DNA of 64,000 bases from Octopus sinensis (lineage: Eukaryota): assembly GCF_006345805.1 (NCBI RefSeq), contig NC_043010.1:65224001-65288000 (forward strand), given 5' to 3'. Made by a program: the position numbers and the translations under genes. Shown here in pieces: positions 14,261 to 26,992 of this stretch. The notes beneath the pieces are model-generated. The model searched no databases, had not been told where the DNA came from, and saw only the letters and a list, made by a program, of their open reading frames with translations. Every line of letters starts with the position of its first letter. Positions within the stretch are counted from its first letter, which is position 1.

Positions 14261-14800
14261 AAAAGCGATATTTTGATACAGAGTCAGAATCAATGATAAT
14301 GCAATCGCAGTACAAGCTTAACTGTACATACATGTTTGGGTGTAAACTAAGACTAGACGAGAGGAAGTATTATTCGGTATTTGTTGCTAGGTCGATTAGG
14401 GAAACGGACAAGAGAAATATGACGGACATTTAATGTCGAAAGAGAGATATGGGTTTTAGTGTAGAGAGAGGAAGAATCTAATAAATTTTAGATTTATTTT
14501 ACGAGATGTGGCCCAGAACTTTAATGACCATTACATTGATTTACATGTTTAGAACTCACAGAGAGTAAATAATCTTATAATAACTCCAATAAAATCTGTG
14601 CTCTCTGAGACAATAGCTTTTGAGTTAGAAACGGTTTACCAATGGATATAGCATCCTGTGTTTCGCAGTTTTCAGGATGTAATAATTTAGAGGCTGAACC
14701 GCAATGGCAAAGCATTCTGAAACTAAAGAATCATTTGGACCAAAGCTACGGTCACGAACACTTACCAAAAATATGCTTAGATAATATATTGCGATTTGTT

Positions 14801-14965
14801 TATTTACCATCTCAATATGGCTAACCACTAAGGGTGGATGTTACTGTAGCTTGCAGCCCCAGGAGAACAACTCCTCTAGCTGGCTATAGACACACTTTCT
14901 GTGCCCTATCGGTATTTGCAATGGGAGATCAGCCCTAGAGGTTAGCCATATTGAGATGGCAAATA
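14801..14965. repeat. Truncated copy of hammerhead repeat family B, with a short inverted terminus
   Basis: CCATCTCAATATGGCTAACCACTAAGGGTGG... matches 29500 onward and ends in the inverted GGTTAGCCATATTGAGATGGCAAATA. Confidence 0.8.
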
Positions 14966-14969
14966 TACG

Positions 14970-15013
<44 letters not shown>

Positions 15014-15026
15014 ACACACACACACA

Positions 15027-15067
<41 letters not shown>

Positions 15068-15259
15068 ATATATATATATATTTCTAAGCACATGTGTAAG
15101 TAGACACACAACAGGAGCCACTCCTACTATAAATTCTTCCTTGGAACGTAAACGATACTATGCACAACCACACACACACACACACACACACACGTGCTAT
15201 CATTACAAAAACACATACACACACACGCACACACAGAGACCTGAGCGAATGCACACACA

Positions 15260-16140
15260 CACACATACCGCCTTCTCTTGCACTTTTTCTTCACCCATTC
15301 CCTTCTTGTCAGTTCAATATGTGACCGCGTGTGTATCGTTGGCGATTCTCTTTCTCCGTCTTCCCATCCTTGGACCTTTCCTTTTTCTATGTTTCTGACG
15401 AAGAGTTCCGCTCGAAACGTTAAATCCTCCTTACTTCTTTCCTTTCCTGGGTGTCCAATAACACTACACCTGTTCCACGTCCTCTCGTTGTTGTGTTTTC
15501 TCTTTGTTCATGTTTGGAGTAACTATATATATATAGACAAAAAGAGCCACTCCTAATTCCTTCTTCCTTGACCTTAAACAATACTTAGCCCTACAACACG
15601 CACAGATTAACAGCCACAACCACACACACATACACACACGCACACACACACGTGCTATCATTGCACATATACACACACACGCAGACCTTCGCGCACGCAC
15701 ATATCCACACTCTCTCTGTGTATCTTTCTGTTGAAGAGCGTAGGCTCGAAACGTTAAAGACTTGTTTTATTTATATTTCCTGAGCGCCATACTAATACAA
15801 TTGTTCGTTTGTTTTCCACCTGCCTTCGTCTTTTGTTTATTTTCATAAAGCTTCCCCTTACACACACATACCTCGTCTTGCACTCTCCCGTCTTTGAAAG
15901 AACTTTTATTCTCCCATTTTTCCTTCCGATTATTCAAAATGTGACCGCGTGTGAACCGTTGGCGATTTTTTCTCCTCCGTCTTCTCTTCTCTGGATCTTT
16001 CGTTTTCCTATGTTTTCTGACGAAGAGCTCCGCTCGAAACGTTAAAACCTCCTTCTTTCCTTCTTTCCTGAGCGTCCAATAATACTATATTTGTTCCACG
16101 TCCTCGCGTTGTTGTGTTTTTTTGTGCTTTCATGATTGGA
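15260..16140 (+). repeat. Cluster of family-C pLTR-like repeats with three minimal hammerhead motifs (15391-15425, 15723-15760, 16012-16048)
   Basis: For example GTTTT CTGACGA A GAGC-TCC-GCTC GAAA CG TT AAAAC; all share the downstream TTCCTG(A/G)G(C/T)G tract. Confidence 0.65.
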
Positions 16141-16141
16141 T

Positions 16142-16224
<83 letters not shown>

Positions 16225-16232
16225 ATATATAC

Positions 16233-16263
<31 letters not shown>

Positions 16264-16280
16264 CATATATATATATATAC

Positions 16281-16342
<62 letters not shown>

Positions 16343-16348
<6 letters not shown>

Positions 16349-17685
16349 GTTATCGCCATACTAATATGGCATTCTTATAAAAACAAGAAAAAAGCTGTCC
16401 GCTTATTAGCTCCATGAGGCCATCGCCTTAAGTTAGCTATTTGATACACAAACTGTATCCATATAACCTTCGAACAAGGGAGGTCAGTCGCTCCACACTA
16501 CTTGACCGGCAGCTACAGACGCGTTTCGGGGTATTGCCCCTTTTCAATGCAGCGTAGCCAGCCAGTAGGTGTCGCTTCCGACAATCTCTGTTCGATGGTT
16601 TTATTTACCTAGTTTCGGTGGAATACATCCACTTGTTTTCAATAATAGAAATATTAAAATAACTAAGTCTCTCTAAAAGAGAACAGCGGCAGCGTTCCCG
16701 GAAAATAATAGTTATCGCCATACTAATATGGCATTCTTATAAAAATAAGAAAAAAGCTGTCCGCTTATTAGCTCCATGAGGCCATCGCCTTAAGTTAGCT
16801 ATTTGATACACAAACTGTATCCATATAACCTTCGAACAAGGGAGGTCAGTCGCTCCACACTACTTGACCGGCAGCTACAGACGCGTTTCGGGTATTGCCC
16901 CTTTTCAATGCAGCGTAGCCAGCCAGTAGGTGTCGCTTCCGACAATCTCTGTTCGATGGTTTTATTTACCTAGTTTCGGTGGAATACATCCACTTGTTTT
17001 CAATAATAGAAATATTAAAATAACTAAGTCTCTCTAAAAGAGAACAGCGGCAGCGTTCCCGGAAAATAATAGTTATCGCCATACTAATATGGCATTCTTA
17101 TAAAAATAAGAAAAAAGCTGTCCGCTTATTAGCTCCATGAGGCCATCGCCTTAAGTTAGCTATTTGATACACAAACTGTATCCATATAACCTTCGAACAA
17201 GGGAGGTCAGTCGCTCCACACTACTTGACCGGCAGCTACAGACGCGTTTCGGGGTATTGCCCCTTTTCAATGCAGGAACGCTGCCGCTGTTCTCTTTTAG
17301 AGAGACTTAGTTATTTTAATATTTCTATTATTGAAAACAAGTGGATGTATTCCACCGAAACTAGGTAAATAAAACCATCGAACAGAGATTGTCGGAAGCG
17401 ACACCTACTGGCTGGCTACGCTGCATTGAAAAGGGGCAATACCCCGAACGCGTCTGTAGCTGCCGGTCAAGTAGTGTGGAGCGACTGACCTCCCTTGTTC
17501 GAAGGTTATATGGATACAGTTTGTGTATCAAATAGCTAACTTAAGGCGATGGCCTCATGGAGCTAATAAGCGGACAGCTTTTTTCTTATTTTTATAAGAA
17601 TGCCATATTAGTATGGCGATAACTATTATTTTCCGGGAACGCTGCCGCTGTTCTCTTTTAGAGAGACTTAGTTATTTTAATATTT
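16343..17685. repeat. 362-bp unit array: ~2.6 head-to-tail copies (starts 16343, 16705, 17066) followed by ~1.1 inverted copies (17275-17685), embedded in (TA)n; retrozyme/PLE pLTR-like
   Basis: Near-identical units differing by isolated substitutions and homopolymer indels; each carries a hammerhead motif. Confidence 0.92.
16498..16568 (-). ncRNA. Type I hammerhead ribozyme, U3-A8 core variant (family A); further copies at 16874-16914(-), 17235-17275(-), 17420-17460(+)
   Basis: Minus strand reads GCTGCA TTGAAAA GGGG-CAATA-CCCC GAAA CGCG TC^ TGTAGC. Stem I extends (GGCTGGC/GCCGGTC, CTAC/GTAG) and stem III is the palindrome ACGCGT. Confidence 0.78.
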
Positions 17686-17700
17686 GTACATATATAATAC

Positions 17701-17767
<67 letters not shown>

Positions 17768-17786
17768 TATAATATATATATTATAC

Positions 17787-17823
<37 letters not shown>

Positions 17824-17831
17824 CTTTTATA

Positions 17832-17922
<91 letters not shown>

Positions 17923-18208
17923 TTGTATGTATTACACATATATAAATGCACGACCTTGCAAACTTTAGTAGCAGTGTAGCCCTCGCTACGAGCAACTCAT
18001 TGAACTGGTGCCTACAATATTTACATACTGACAGGAAGACACGTGATATATACATCATAATTGGGCCCCTAGAAATAAGAGGCCTCTACACAACTACCCC
18101 GTGTGCCCGTAACTTAAAACTGCAATGTTAACATACTGTTGATTTCTTTTTGAAATAATCCTTTTAAGTCTCTCTTCTCGGCTATGATGCTTTAAAGTGT
18201 CCTTAACT

Positions 18209-18374
18209 CATTAGCGTAGCTACGGTTGGAGGGTATAGGGGTGGTCCGCCACTGGCAGCACTTATAAAGGAGCATCACTTTTGAGTCTACTATAGGCAAT
18301 ATGTGCTTTTGTGGGGTCCGGGATGGCAAACGGAAGGGCCGCCACGGGCGGCACACACTCTGGATACGCTAGTG
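18209..18374. mobile_element. Short MITE, probably hAT-type
   Basis: Imperfect TIRs CATTAGCGTAGCTA / TGGATACGCTAGTG; flanks CCTTAACT / TCTCAACT resemble a decayed 8-bp TSD. Confidence 0.5.
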
Positions 18375-18650
18375 TCTCAACTGTAGCTTATGTAGCGTCT
18401 ACATATACAGGAATCGCATAATTTTTTATTACTTATATGTGCGCGAATTTCTGCAATTTTAAGATTGTAAATGTGATATATAGTATCTCTTGTTAGCTAC
18501 ATCAAGAGATTCTATATCAAGAGATATTCTTGAAATATAGAATCTCTTGTTGATTATATGTGAGATCTTGTAAGATTGAATTTTATATTCAATAACTGTT
18601 TTATTTTAATGCTCATTTACAAAGAGACTGTTTCGATGTTATCAATTTAG

Positions 18651-18794
18651 GATGTCCACCACAATTGTATGGTAAATACTGTATCAATGAATGTCATTGT
18701 TCTGGAGCGGAATCATGTCACCAAATTACTGGAAAGTGTGAAGGTGGCTGCGAAGATGGATGGTATGGAGAGAAGTGTGCCAAGCAAACATATG
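18651..18794 (+). CDS. Exon 5: laminin-type EGF-like repeat (GCPPQLYGKYCINECHCSGAESCHQITGKCEGGCEDGWYGEKCAKQTY)
   Basis: TTTAG acceptor, G|GTAAGT donor, 144 bp, phase 1-1, MEGF10/CED-1-type cysteine spacing. Confidence 0.93.
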
Positions 18795-19559
18795 GTAAGT
18801 ACATATTTGTTCAGGGTATGAGGGTACTTAGATACTTAAATGACTTTCGGACAGGATGTACCCCGGCCATGACTAACTTAGTAGCAGCACTAATAAAACA
18901 TTTAATCATGCTTCATGTTACAATCATATTTTGGGCACCATAGCCCATGTGAGTAAAGAGTTATTGTTGGCAGAGATTTATCCGGGTGTACTTGATTTAT
19001 CTGGAATTTGTTCGGGATATTCATCCGGGGAATGTCTGAATACCATGAGAACTTTTTCTTTTTTTATGTGTCTTGGCATGATGTTAAAGAAAGCAGGGCC
19101 AGTTGAGGTGAAGTGCTTCTGTCTTAGTGTTGTAATACGATTTTGTAGATGACGAATGGCATTGGGACATAAAATATATATATCTGTATTTCTTTGATCT
19201 CATTATCAGAACATCACTCCGCTAAAACTTTATTCCTAACTCTCCTCTATATCACTACCTTCAACTAACTTTTTTAACCACGTAATAAATATTACGTGCC
19301 CCTCACTACATATAATGGATCCTTCTCCCTCTGTCTTTTCTCTCTCCCTCTTTTTCTTTCTCCCTCTTCATGCCTCACTCCTCACCTTATCCTCCTTTTC
19401 TCTCTCCGATTTCTTCCTTTTGTTCTCTAATTCCCTTCAAATAATCACGTGAAAGCTTTACAATTATGTTCCCCCAATCTCATATCATGGAGGTTTCTCT
19501 CGCCCTCCTTTTCTCTCTCTCCCCTTTTCGTCCTCCTTTTCTCTAATCACGTGAAAGCA

Positions 19560-22500
19560 TTACTGATGGGCTAAGTACCCTAATGACAAGCAGAATTATT
19601 ATAAGACTTATCAACGTTTAGTTGCATATTTTGTTTTTTCACCCATTTGATAACAGCGAGCACATCCAACTGGAGGTTTTTTTGGTCTCCTACACTGTCG
19701 ATGACCTTCAAAATCTTTGAGTCATACGCGAAAGTTTTTATATTGCTGAGTTTGATGAGGTCAGTGGTGCCACAAAAGTAAATAACAAATAGAAATGGAT
19801 CCAATACAGGGCCTTGAAGGATTCCAATAATTACAAGTACTGAGCTTGATCGAACACCATCGAACACCACATGCTGAGCCTATTCATCAGGAAACACTTC
19901 TATAATTTCCCTCTGATTTCTGTGTTGGATAGTTACCATGACAGTATAATGTGATCAACTTTATCGAAAGCCTCGCTGAAGACAAGATAAATGGCATCTG
20001 CAATGAAACCCTCAGGACCTTTAGGGTGTGGTCAAAATGATGCAAGAGTTGCCTTATGAAGTCGCTGCTGGTTGTAAAAACATATTGTATGGAAATGAGC
20101 CGACTCACTAAAGGAAGTGCCTTACTCGAGACCTCACCCCTCTCTCAAATAATTTGATAATGAAGTAAGACTGGTAATACGCTGGAAGTAATTTTTTTAC
20201 CTTTTTGAAAACTGGGACAATCGATTTTCAGCAAAATAACCAACGTCCAGTGATTTTATTCAGTGATTTTATTAATAGCTAGAGACAATACAAATTCATG
20301 TCATCATTCCCCCCAGAACTCAAGTGGGAAAGCTATCGGGATTTACACCTGTGTTGTTGTTAATTTTGCTTCTAAGTTCTCTGATATCCAGGACGGTAAG
20401 AGATATAATGGATAGAGTGTGCAGGAGGTTTGCTTCACAGATGCTGTCCAGATTAACCATACTTGCATTGCTGAAAGCAGAGCAGTATTGCTTCTGCAGA
20501 ATCTCACCCATGGTTTTCGTTCACTAAAGAGAATGTTGTCCTCATCAGTCAAAGGTTCAGCGAATGTTACAGCGACCATTTGCTTTTTGGCAAAGGAGTA
20601 GAACACTTTGGGATTGAATCGATTTATATAAGATTGCATTACTTGATTCGAGAAACGCTATATCAGTCAAGTCGCTGATGCCAATACTTTAGTCGCTCGA
20701 TTTTTGACTCATCCTTTTTAGTTTCTTTATTAGGGTTTTCATATATTTTTTGCTTGTTTATATTTTGTTTGGCTCATGGACTGTAATGGAGAACATCATA
20801 AATATATATTTGTGACAGTGTCTTGAAAGAGCTTCTAGGATACATTGATGCTGTTTGAAACGAGTGAATAAGCGAAAGGCGAGTCAATGAGTGAACGATC
20901 CTGAGTGATTGCATTCCATTGTGAAGATCCATGCAGTCAAAGAGTGTTCTGGTGAGAAATCAGACTTGTTATGGTCAGAAAGAAGAGTCTTTTTCCTCTG
21001 CAATATTACAAACAATGTCAGTATGGTTACTAAACATTAAGTCCAATAGGTTTTTGCTGAAGCTCGTTGGCTCTAGCATGAGTTGGAAAAGGAAAAATTA
21101 GTCAATAAAGTGACTCCACTGTTGCGTTGTCTTGGACTGAATTGCTTTCAAGTTATAAATAGACTAGTCAACGCAGGGGAAATTGAAGTCGTCTACCATT
21201 AAAATGCTACCAGATTGACACTGTTGAATAAAAGATTTAATATTGTTATGTCATTCTTTGAAGAACGGTAAAAGGCACTTGGAATGACCTGTAGACCCTA
21301 ATTATAACAAAATCATTGGGATTTGTTATACGTAGCTACTGATTCACAGTATGGTGCATGAAATATCCGTATCTGCAGTGAATGCGTCACGTAGCAAAAC
21401 GGCAAATCCTCTCTTTCTTCTGCCGTTGCGATCTGCACGGGTCACAGAGATTTTCCTCATTGGTCGGTAGCCCAGTGTTAAATCTTTTATCTCTTCGCAT
21501 TAAAGGATGACCTGATGATTTGTGCATTCAGCGAAAATGGTAAGATTAGAGTAGTGGCTTGATTATATTTTTACAAGGGTCCCGAAAGGGACTTATGTTT
21601 TAATGTCGGCGAGGGACCAGTTTATGGACTGGGAGTAACGACAAAGGGACAGTATGACAGTCATTTATCTGAATCTCTTTTGCCAGGTTTCGGGTGGATA
21701 AGAAAGAATAATTTGTCTGGTTAAGGAATATTTGGTGGATAAAGCTGTGGTTACATTGACGGTTTTGTCGTTTGTTTGTTTTGTTTTTGTTGCTACAGGA
21801 TGTTCTCCAGTTTACTGGGTTGTTGAAAAGGTTTGTATTGGGTCTGTTGATTTTATTCTTGTTTCTGTTGGATGCTTTCTTATTTCTTTACTTGTGGGAA
21901 AATCACGTGTTGGTAGTACTGCACCTGAATATGGTTTTATGAAGCTTGTGATGTTGGCTAGGAGATTGTACTTCGATCCCTGGAAGATGTGTGAGCGTAC
22001 AATAGTGCTGTAGATATATATCTCGCGTTGGGGACAGCAGTAGATTTAGAGGAATTTAATGCGAATGTTATTCCTTAAATTGATAAAAGAAAAAAGAAAT
22101 TACGGACGATTAGTCGCGCAAGGCACGAGAACGTGCAATGACGTTCCTGGGATGACATCGACCAACGGAGCAGCAACAGACAGCGAGCTTCCGTAGTTGC
22201 CGGCAGATGGAGGGGATCACGCGATTGCAGCAGGAAACGCGATGACAACGTCGTCTGCCCGGAAGAGAGTTGAGGCTCAGTCCAGACAAAGACAGTGGTG
22301 GTGGACTAGGAGCCCACAGTTACGCCAACATCTCGAGCTCGGTGTTGCCGGAGCGCAATGTGGTGTGCACCAAGGACAGCGAAGGCGAGGGGCTCACATG
22401 CGGACGGACGAGGTATCGGCGGCATATTGAGGAGTCGAAGGCCTTGTATGGTCAGACCAGCGGCGATTATTGTGAACGGGTTGTGTTGGCGTTGTAGCGC
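19560..22500 (-). mobile_element. Degenerate CR1/Jockey-group LINE (APE + RT remnants; the GC-rich 22100-22500 block may be its 5' region)
   Basis: Minus-strand fragments GILQGPVLDPFLFVIY, FAYDSK, NPKVFYSFAK and MGEILQKQYCSAFS, similar to the LINE at 58070-61115. Confidence 0.75.
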
Positions 22501-22789
22501 TTCTTTGCTTTTCTATTGTTGTTGTTTTGGAGTGCTTCTCATTATTCATCTGTGTGGCTCTTCATCTGTTCGGATCTTATTCATGCCAAAATGGAAAAAT
22601 TTTGATGTTGAGTAGTTTGTGCTTAAATATGAAATATAGGTATAGGTATAAAAGGTAACAATAGTCAATAAAATCAGCCAAGAATTTGTTATGTGTAGTA
22701 TTGTACGGAAATAGACAAGGATATTCGTGGACGTTAAATATTGAGTAATCTGAAGTCGGCGAGCCAGAAAAGAATATTGAGAAATTTGT

Positions 22790-23360
22790 AAGGCGGCAAG
22801 CTGGCAGAAACGTTAGCACACAGGGAAAATGCGTAGCCGTATTTCGTCTCCGTTACGTTCTGAGTTCAAATTCCGCCGAGGTCGACTTTGCCTTTCATTC
22901 TTTTGGGGTCGATAAATTAAGTACCAGTTACACACTGGGATCGATGTAATCGACTCAATCCGTTTGTCTGTCCTTATTTGTTCTCTCTGTGTTTAGCCCC
23001 TTGTGGGTAGTAAACAAATAGCTATTTCGTCTGCCGTGCGTTCTGAGTTCAAATTCTGCCGAGGGTGACTTTACCTTTCATCCTTTCGGCGTCGATTAAA
23101 AGAGTACAAGTTACGCACTGGGGTCGATATAATCGACTCAATTCGTTTGTCTGTCCTTGTTTGTCCTTTGTGTTTAGCCCCTTGTGGGTAGAAAACAAAT
23201 AGGTATTTCGTCTGCCGTTACGTTCTGTGTTCAAATACTGCCGAGGTCGACTTTGCTTTTCATCCTTTAGGGGTCGATTAAATAAGTACCAGTTACGCAC
23301 TGGAGTCGATATAATCGACTGGTCTCCTCCACAAACATTTAGGGCCATGCGCCTACAATA
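22790..23360 (+). mobile_element. tRNA-derived SINE with an internal ~185-bp segment repeated about three times
   Basis: A-box-like AGCTGGCAGAAACGTTAG, B-box-like GAGTTCAAATTCC, repeated GTCGACTTTGCCTTTCATCCTTT..GGGGTCGAT..AAGTACCAG; same family at 33827-34400. Confidence 0.75.
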
Positions 23361-23930
23361 GAAAAGAATATTGATAATGTGTGGTTAAAATATTCTATAA
23401 ACTTGTGTGTATTCGTTGATAGGAATATTGTGTATTTAGGAATATCTGTCGGTAGGATATTGTGTAGTTATGGTACAAATAGACAATAAAAATTGAAGAG
23501 TTCAGAGATTCAGAATAAGGAAGATGCTTATGGCTTTATTGTATTGTTATTGGCAAGTAGCCTGGGAAAACGTGTCTATACCGTTCATCTCTTTAGTATT
23601 CAGATTTCAAACCAGATATTAATATTTACTGCTGACCACATAACGTTAATAGATGTGCTTAATATAATATAAAAACTTCGGAGCAATAAGCAGTTAGTAT
23701 CCTTTCTTTGTATTATAATATATCCTGGGCTAAATGATTTAGCAAAGACACAATTAAGCTCAGAATTTTACGCAGCATGAGCACAGTTACATTGAGAGTG
23801 TTCTCTTAAACTGCGGTGTTTAGTTTTTTAATTTATGTTACTTGAAAATCTATGAATGCTGGTGGAATTGGGTTTCACAAATCTTTCTCTTTCTCTCTCT
23901 TCTCTCTCTCATCTCTCTCTCTCTCTCTCT

Positions 23931-24011
<81 letters not shown>

Positions 24012-24539
24012 AAGTATAATGTGGAAAGCCAATTACATCCGATGTGAAGCTGGAACTTGGAAAAAATAATAGTAAACATGGTTTAAATGATTGACACAGT
24101 GGACCAGTATTTATTTATGTCGTTTTACATTCCAAGTTCATCTCCAACCCTCGACCGAACTAACCTTGATTTCCATCCTTTCAGTGAGTATCGATACAAT
24201 AGGTACCAGTAATATATTCTAAAGTCTATACAGTAAATTACATAACTTTTGCTAACAAATCGGAGATATGTTATTCTCGTGCGTACAGAATATACTAGTT
24301 TCAAATCTTGGTACAAGGCCAGCAATTTTGGGGGAGGGTGCACTATCGACATCGGCGGTATTTGAACCCCAAACATTAGTTGGGTGAAATATCGCTAAGC
24401 ATTTTGACCGGAGTGCTAACCGCTCAGTCGGCTCACCACCTTGCAAAATATATTACATTGCTTATTTCTGTATGTGAGTCTTTCTATTTTGTTAGATTCC
24501 TATGACTGTATCAATGCTTTAGTATATTGCGGTATCGTA

Positions 24540-26298
24540 ATGGTAAGGTTCTTCTCATACGTCTAATTGAGGGCGAAATTATAAAGTACATCGACGGAGG
24601 AGACATCAGCAGAAATATTTAAGGCCGGTCGCAGCTGTCGATAATTTCAAGAAGAGGTCTGGTGTTCAAATCGTTGTCAGGTATGGAAAAGCATCGAGTT
24701 CTGTCACGAAGGCAACTGTGGATTTCGTGCATGAATTCAGTCAGCTCATCGTAGCCGAGGGGTACATCGCACAAAAGGTATTCAGCTGTGATGAAACTGG
24801 CCCATTTTGGAAGGAAATACTTAGAAGAACCTACATAACTGCAGAGGAGAAAGAACTGCCACGCCACAAGCCTATGACAGTCCAACTCTTGCCATTTGTG
24901 ACAATGCAAGTGGAGACTTGAAGATTAAGCCGCTCATTTCTACCATTCCGAAAACCCACAAACGTTCAAGTCGCACAAAATTCTGAAGGAGAAGCTGCAG
25001 GTCATGTTGAGTTGAACATTAAAGCGGGCCACCAGGAATTCTTCACCCAGTATGTGAACCTTATCTTCGGAGCAGCAGTGAAAACGTACTTTCTGTAAAA
25101 CGACCTTCCTCACAGGCCCTCCTCATCTTCGGCAATGCTCCTGCTCACCCTCTTAACTTCAAAGATGATATCCTGGACAAATCTGAATTTATGAGTTATG
25201 TACATTTCACGCAACACCATCCCTAATTTGCCGCCCATAGACTAACAGGTGATTTCTAATTGTAGGAAATAGTACACCAAACACCGGTTTCGTCGGTACT
25301 TTGAAGTCACCGAAAATACAAATCTAACCATTCGTGAGTTTTGGAAGGAGCACAAGAACATTGTTACTGGCGAAAATTATCGATATGGTCTGCAGATTGT
25401 AACGAGGAGAACACTGAATTCTACAAAGAAGAAACTGTGAACTGACTGTGTATCCGAAAGAGATTTCAAAGGGTTTGAGTCTGAGACATCTGTAGTCGAG
25501 GAGATAGTGTCTCTTGACAAGTCCATGGGCCACGAGGTAGATGATGAGGACATTAACTATCTCATCGGAACACTCAAGAAGCTGACAACAATGAACTCCT
25601 TCAGCTTCACAACAACAGCATTCGGATGTGGTGTAAGAATTTGGTTCCCGGAGTAGGAGTGTGTTGCAGAAATGGTTATCTCTGCGGGTGACTTCAAGGC
25701 TGTGTTGGCAAGTAGCAGTATGTTTCTGAATCTGTAGTAAAATCTCAGCCTGATAAGCATATACAAGCCGTGCAGCTGCTTTATCTAATGATACTGGTCT
25801 GGCACATTTTCTTAACATTTTGAAATGCAGGAAAAAGCAGACTTCTCTTGATATGTTTCTAAAGAAACGACCTCCAAGTGTGAAACGTAAAGAAAGTGTC
25901 CAAAAGACCTAAATTAAGCGAAGTGAGGCAGAAAACACCCCTCAAATCTCAATGGAAGGAAATTCTCCTTCCAAACAATAATCCTCCTCTGGTCTATCGT
26001 CTTCCTCGCGCACACAGCGTCCTATCATTAAAGTAATTGAATTAATAAAATCAGTTTACATATTTCTTTTGCCTTCTCTTTTATCATGTTTTTACAATTG
26101 TCATTTCCCATGTAACTTCACCTTTTCAGTTTTAAAACCCATAAAAGATATTTTGGCGTGATTTGAGAGAGGGGCTGGAGCGGATTAATTATATTTTAAT
26201 TAATTTCAAAATTGGGGAAAATTGATTTGTAAAACGAGTAAATCGAAACACGAGCTCGGCCATGGAACGAATTAAACTAGAAATGCGAGGTATGACTG
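24540..26298 (+). mobile_element. Degenerate Tigger/pogo (CENP-B-like DDE) DNA transposon
   Basis: IVAEGYIAQKVFSCDETGPFWKEILRRTYITAEEKELPRHKPM; 3' end ...CGAGGTATGACTG followed by TA. The left end was not found. Confidence 0.8.
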
Positions 26299-26992
26299 TA
26301 TAAATTTAATCTAATAATATTCAATTTAAAATCTTCATTAATCAGTTATTTTGAGGAGAGCAAATTGTACGTCATAATTGTATATTCATCTCGATTTCCC
26401 CAAACAATATTTTCTACAGCAAATATAGAAATGTGTTTTAGAATCCAATGTAAAATAAGTCTGCGCTAAAAATTCAGCCAGATGTAGAATTGAAGAAAAT
26501 TCTTCAAGATGAAAGAGTATCGGTTTCTTTTTTTTTTTTTGCACGAGGTCAGCAGGTTCGGAGAAGGGGGATAGTTGATTACATAGACTCCAATATTCAG
26601 CTGGTACTTATTTTATGGACTCCGAAAAGTAAAGACGAACCCGGCGCCATTTGAACTCAGAACGTAATAGTGAAAGAAGTGTGGTAGCGATTCTGCCAGT
26701 TCGCAGCCTCAAGCTATAGGAATACACTACCTTTGTCGATATCCTTACCAGATGTTTTACGTATATTTTCTTTAGAATTGTTAAGTTTTTGCATTAAAAC
26801 AGTCATTTCCCATTCGGTAAATAAGGGCGATACATAAATAAACGTCTTACAAGGTATACACTGCATTTATGTTATTATGTACAAAAAATGTGGTTTACAT
26901 AAATGTGTGACTGTTTCATAAGTTATACTTTCAAGATACATTATACTAAAATCTTTTTACACTTTATTAATTCTGACATTTATATTTTCCAG

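Noticed and set aside
14642-14824. Possible extra exon after TTTTCAG (GCNNLEAEPQWQSIL...)
   Set aside because: No convincing donor, no EGF or FTP pattern, and it runs into a family-B repeat.
16343-17275. Possible CRISPR array or ordinary satellite
   Set aside because: The units are whole 362-bp duplicates with no unique spacers, the context is eukaryotic and no cas genes are present; the ribozyme-repeat reading fits better.
22100-22500. GC/CpG-rich block with short ORFs as a host promoter or exon
   Set aside because: No splice pattern or recognisable protein; it more likely belongs to the 5' end of the adjacent minus-strand LINE.
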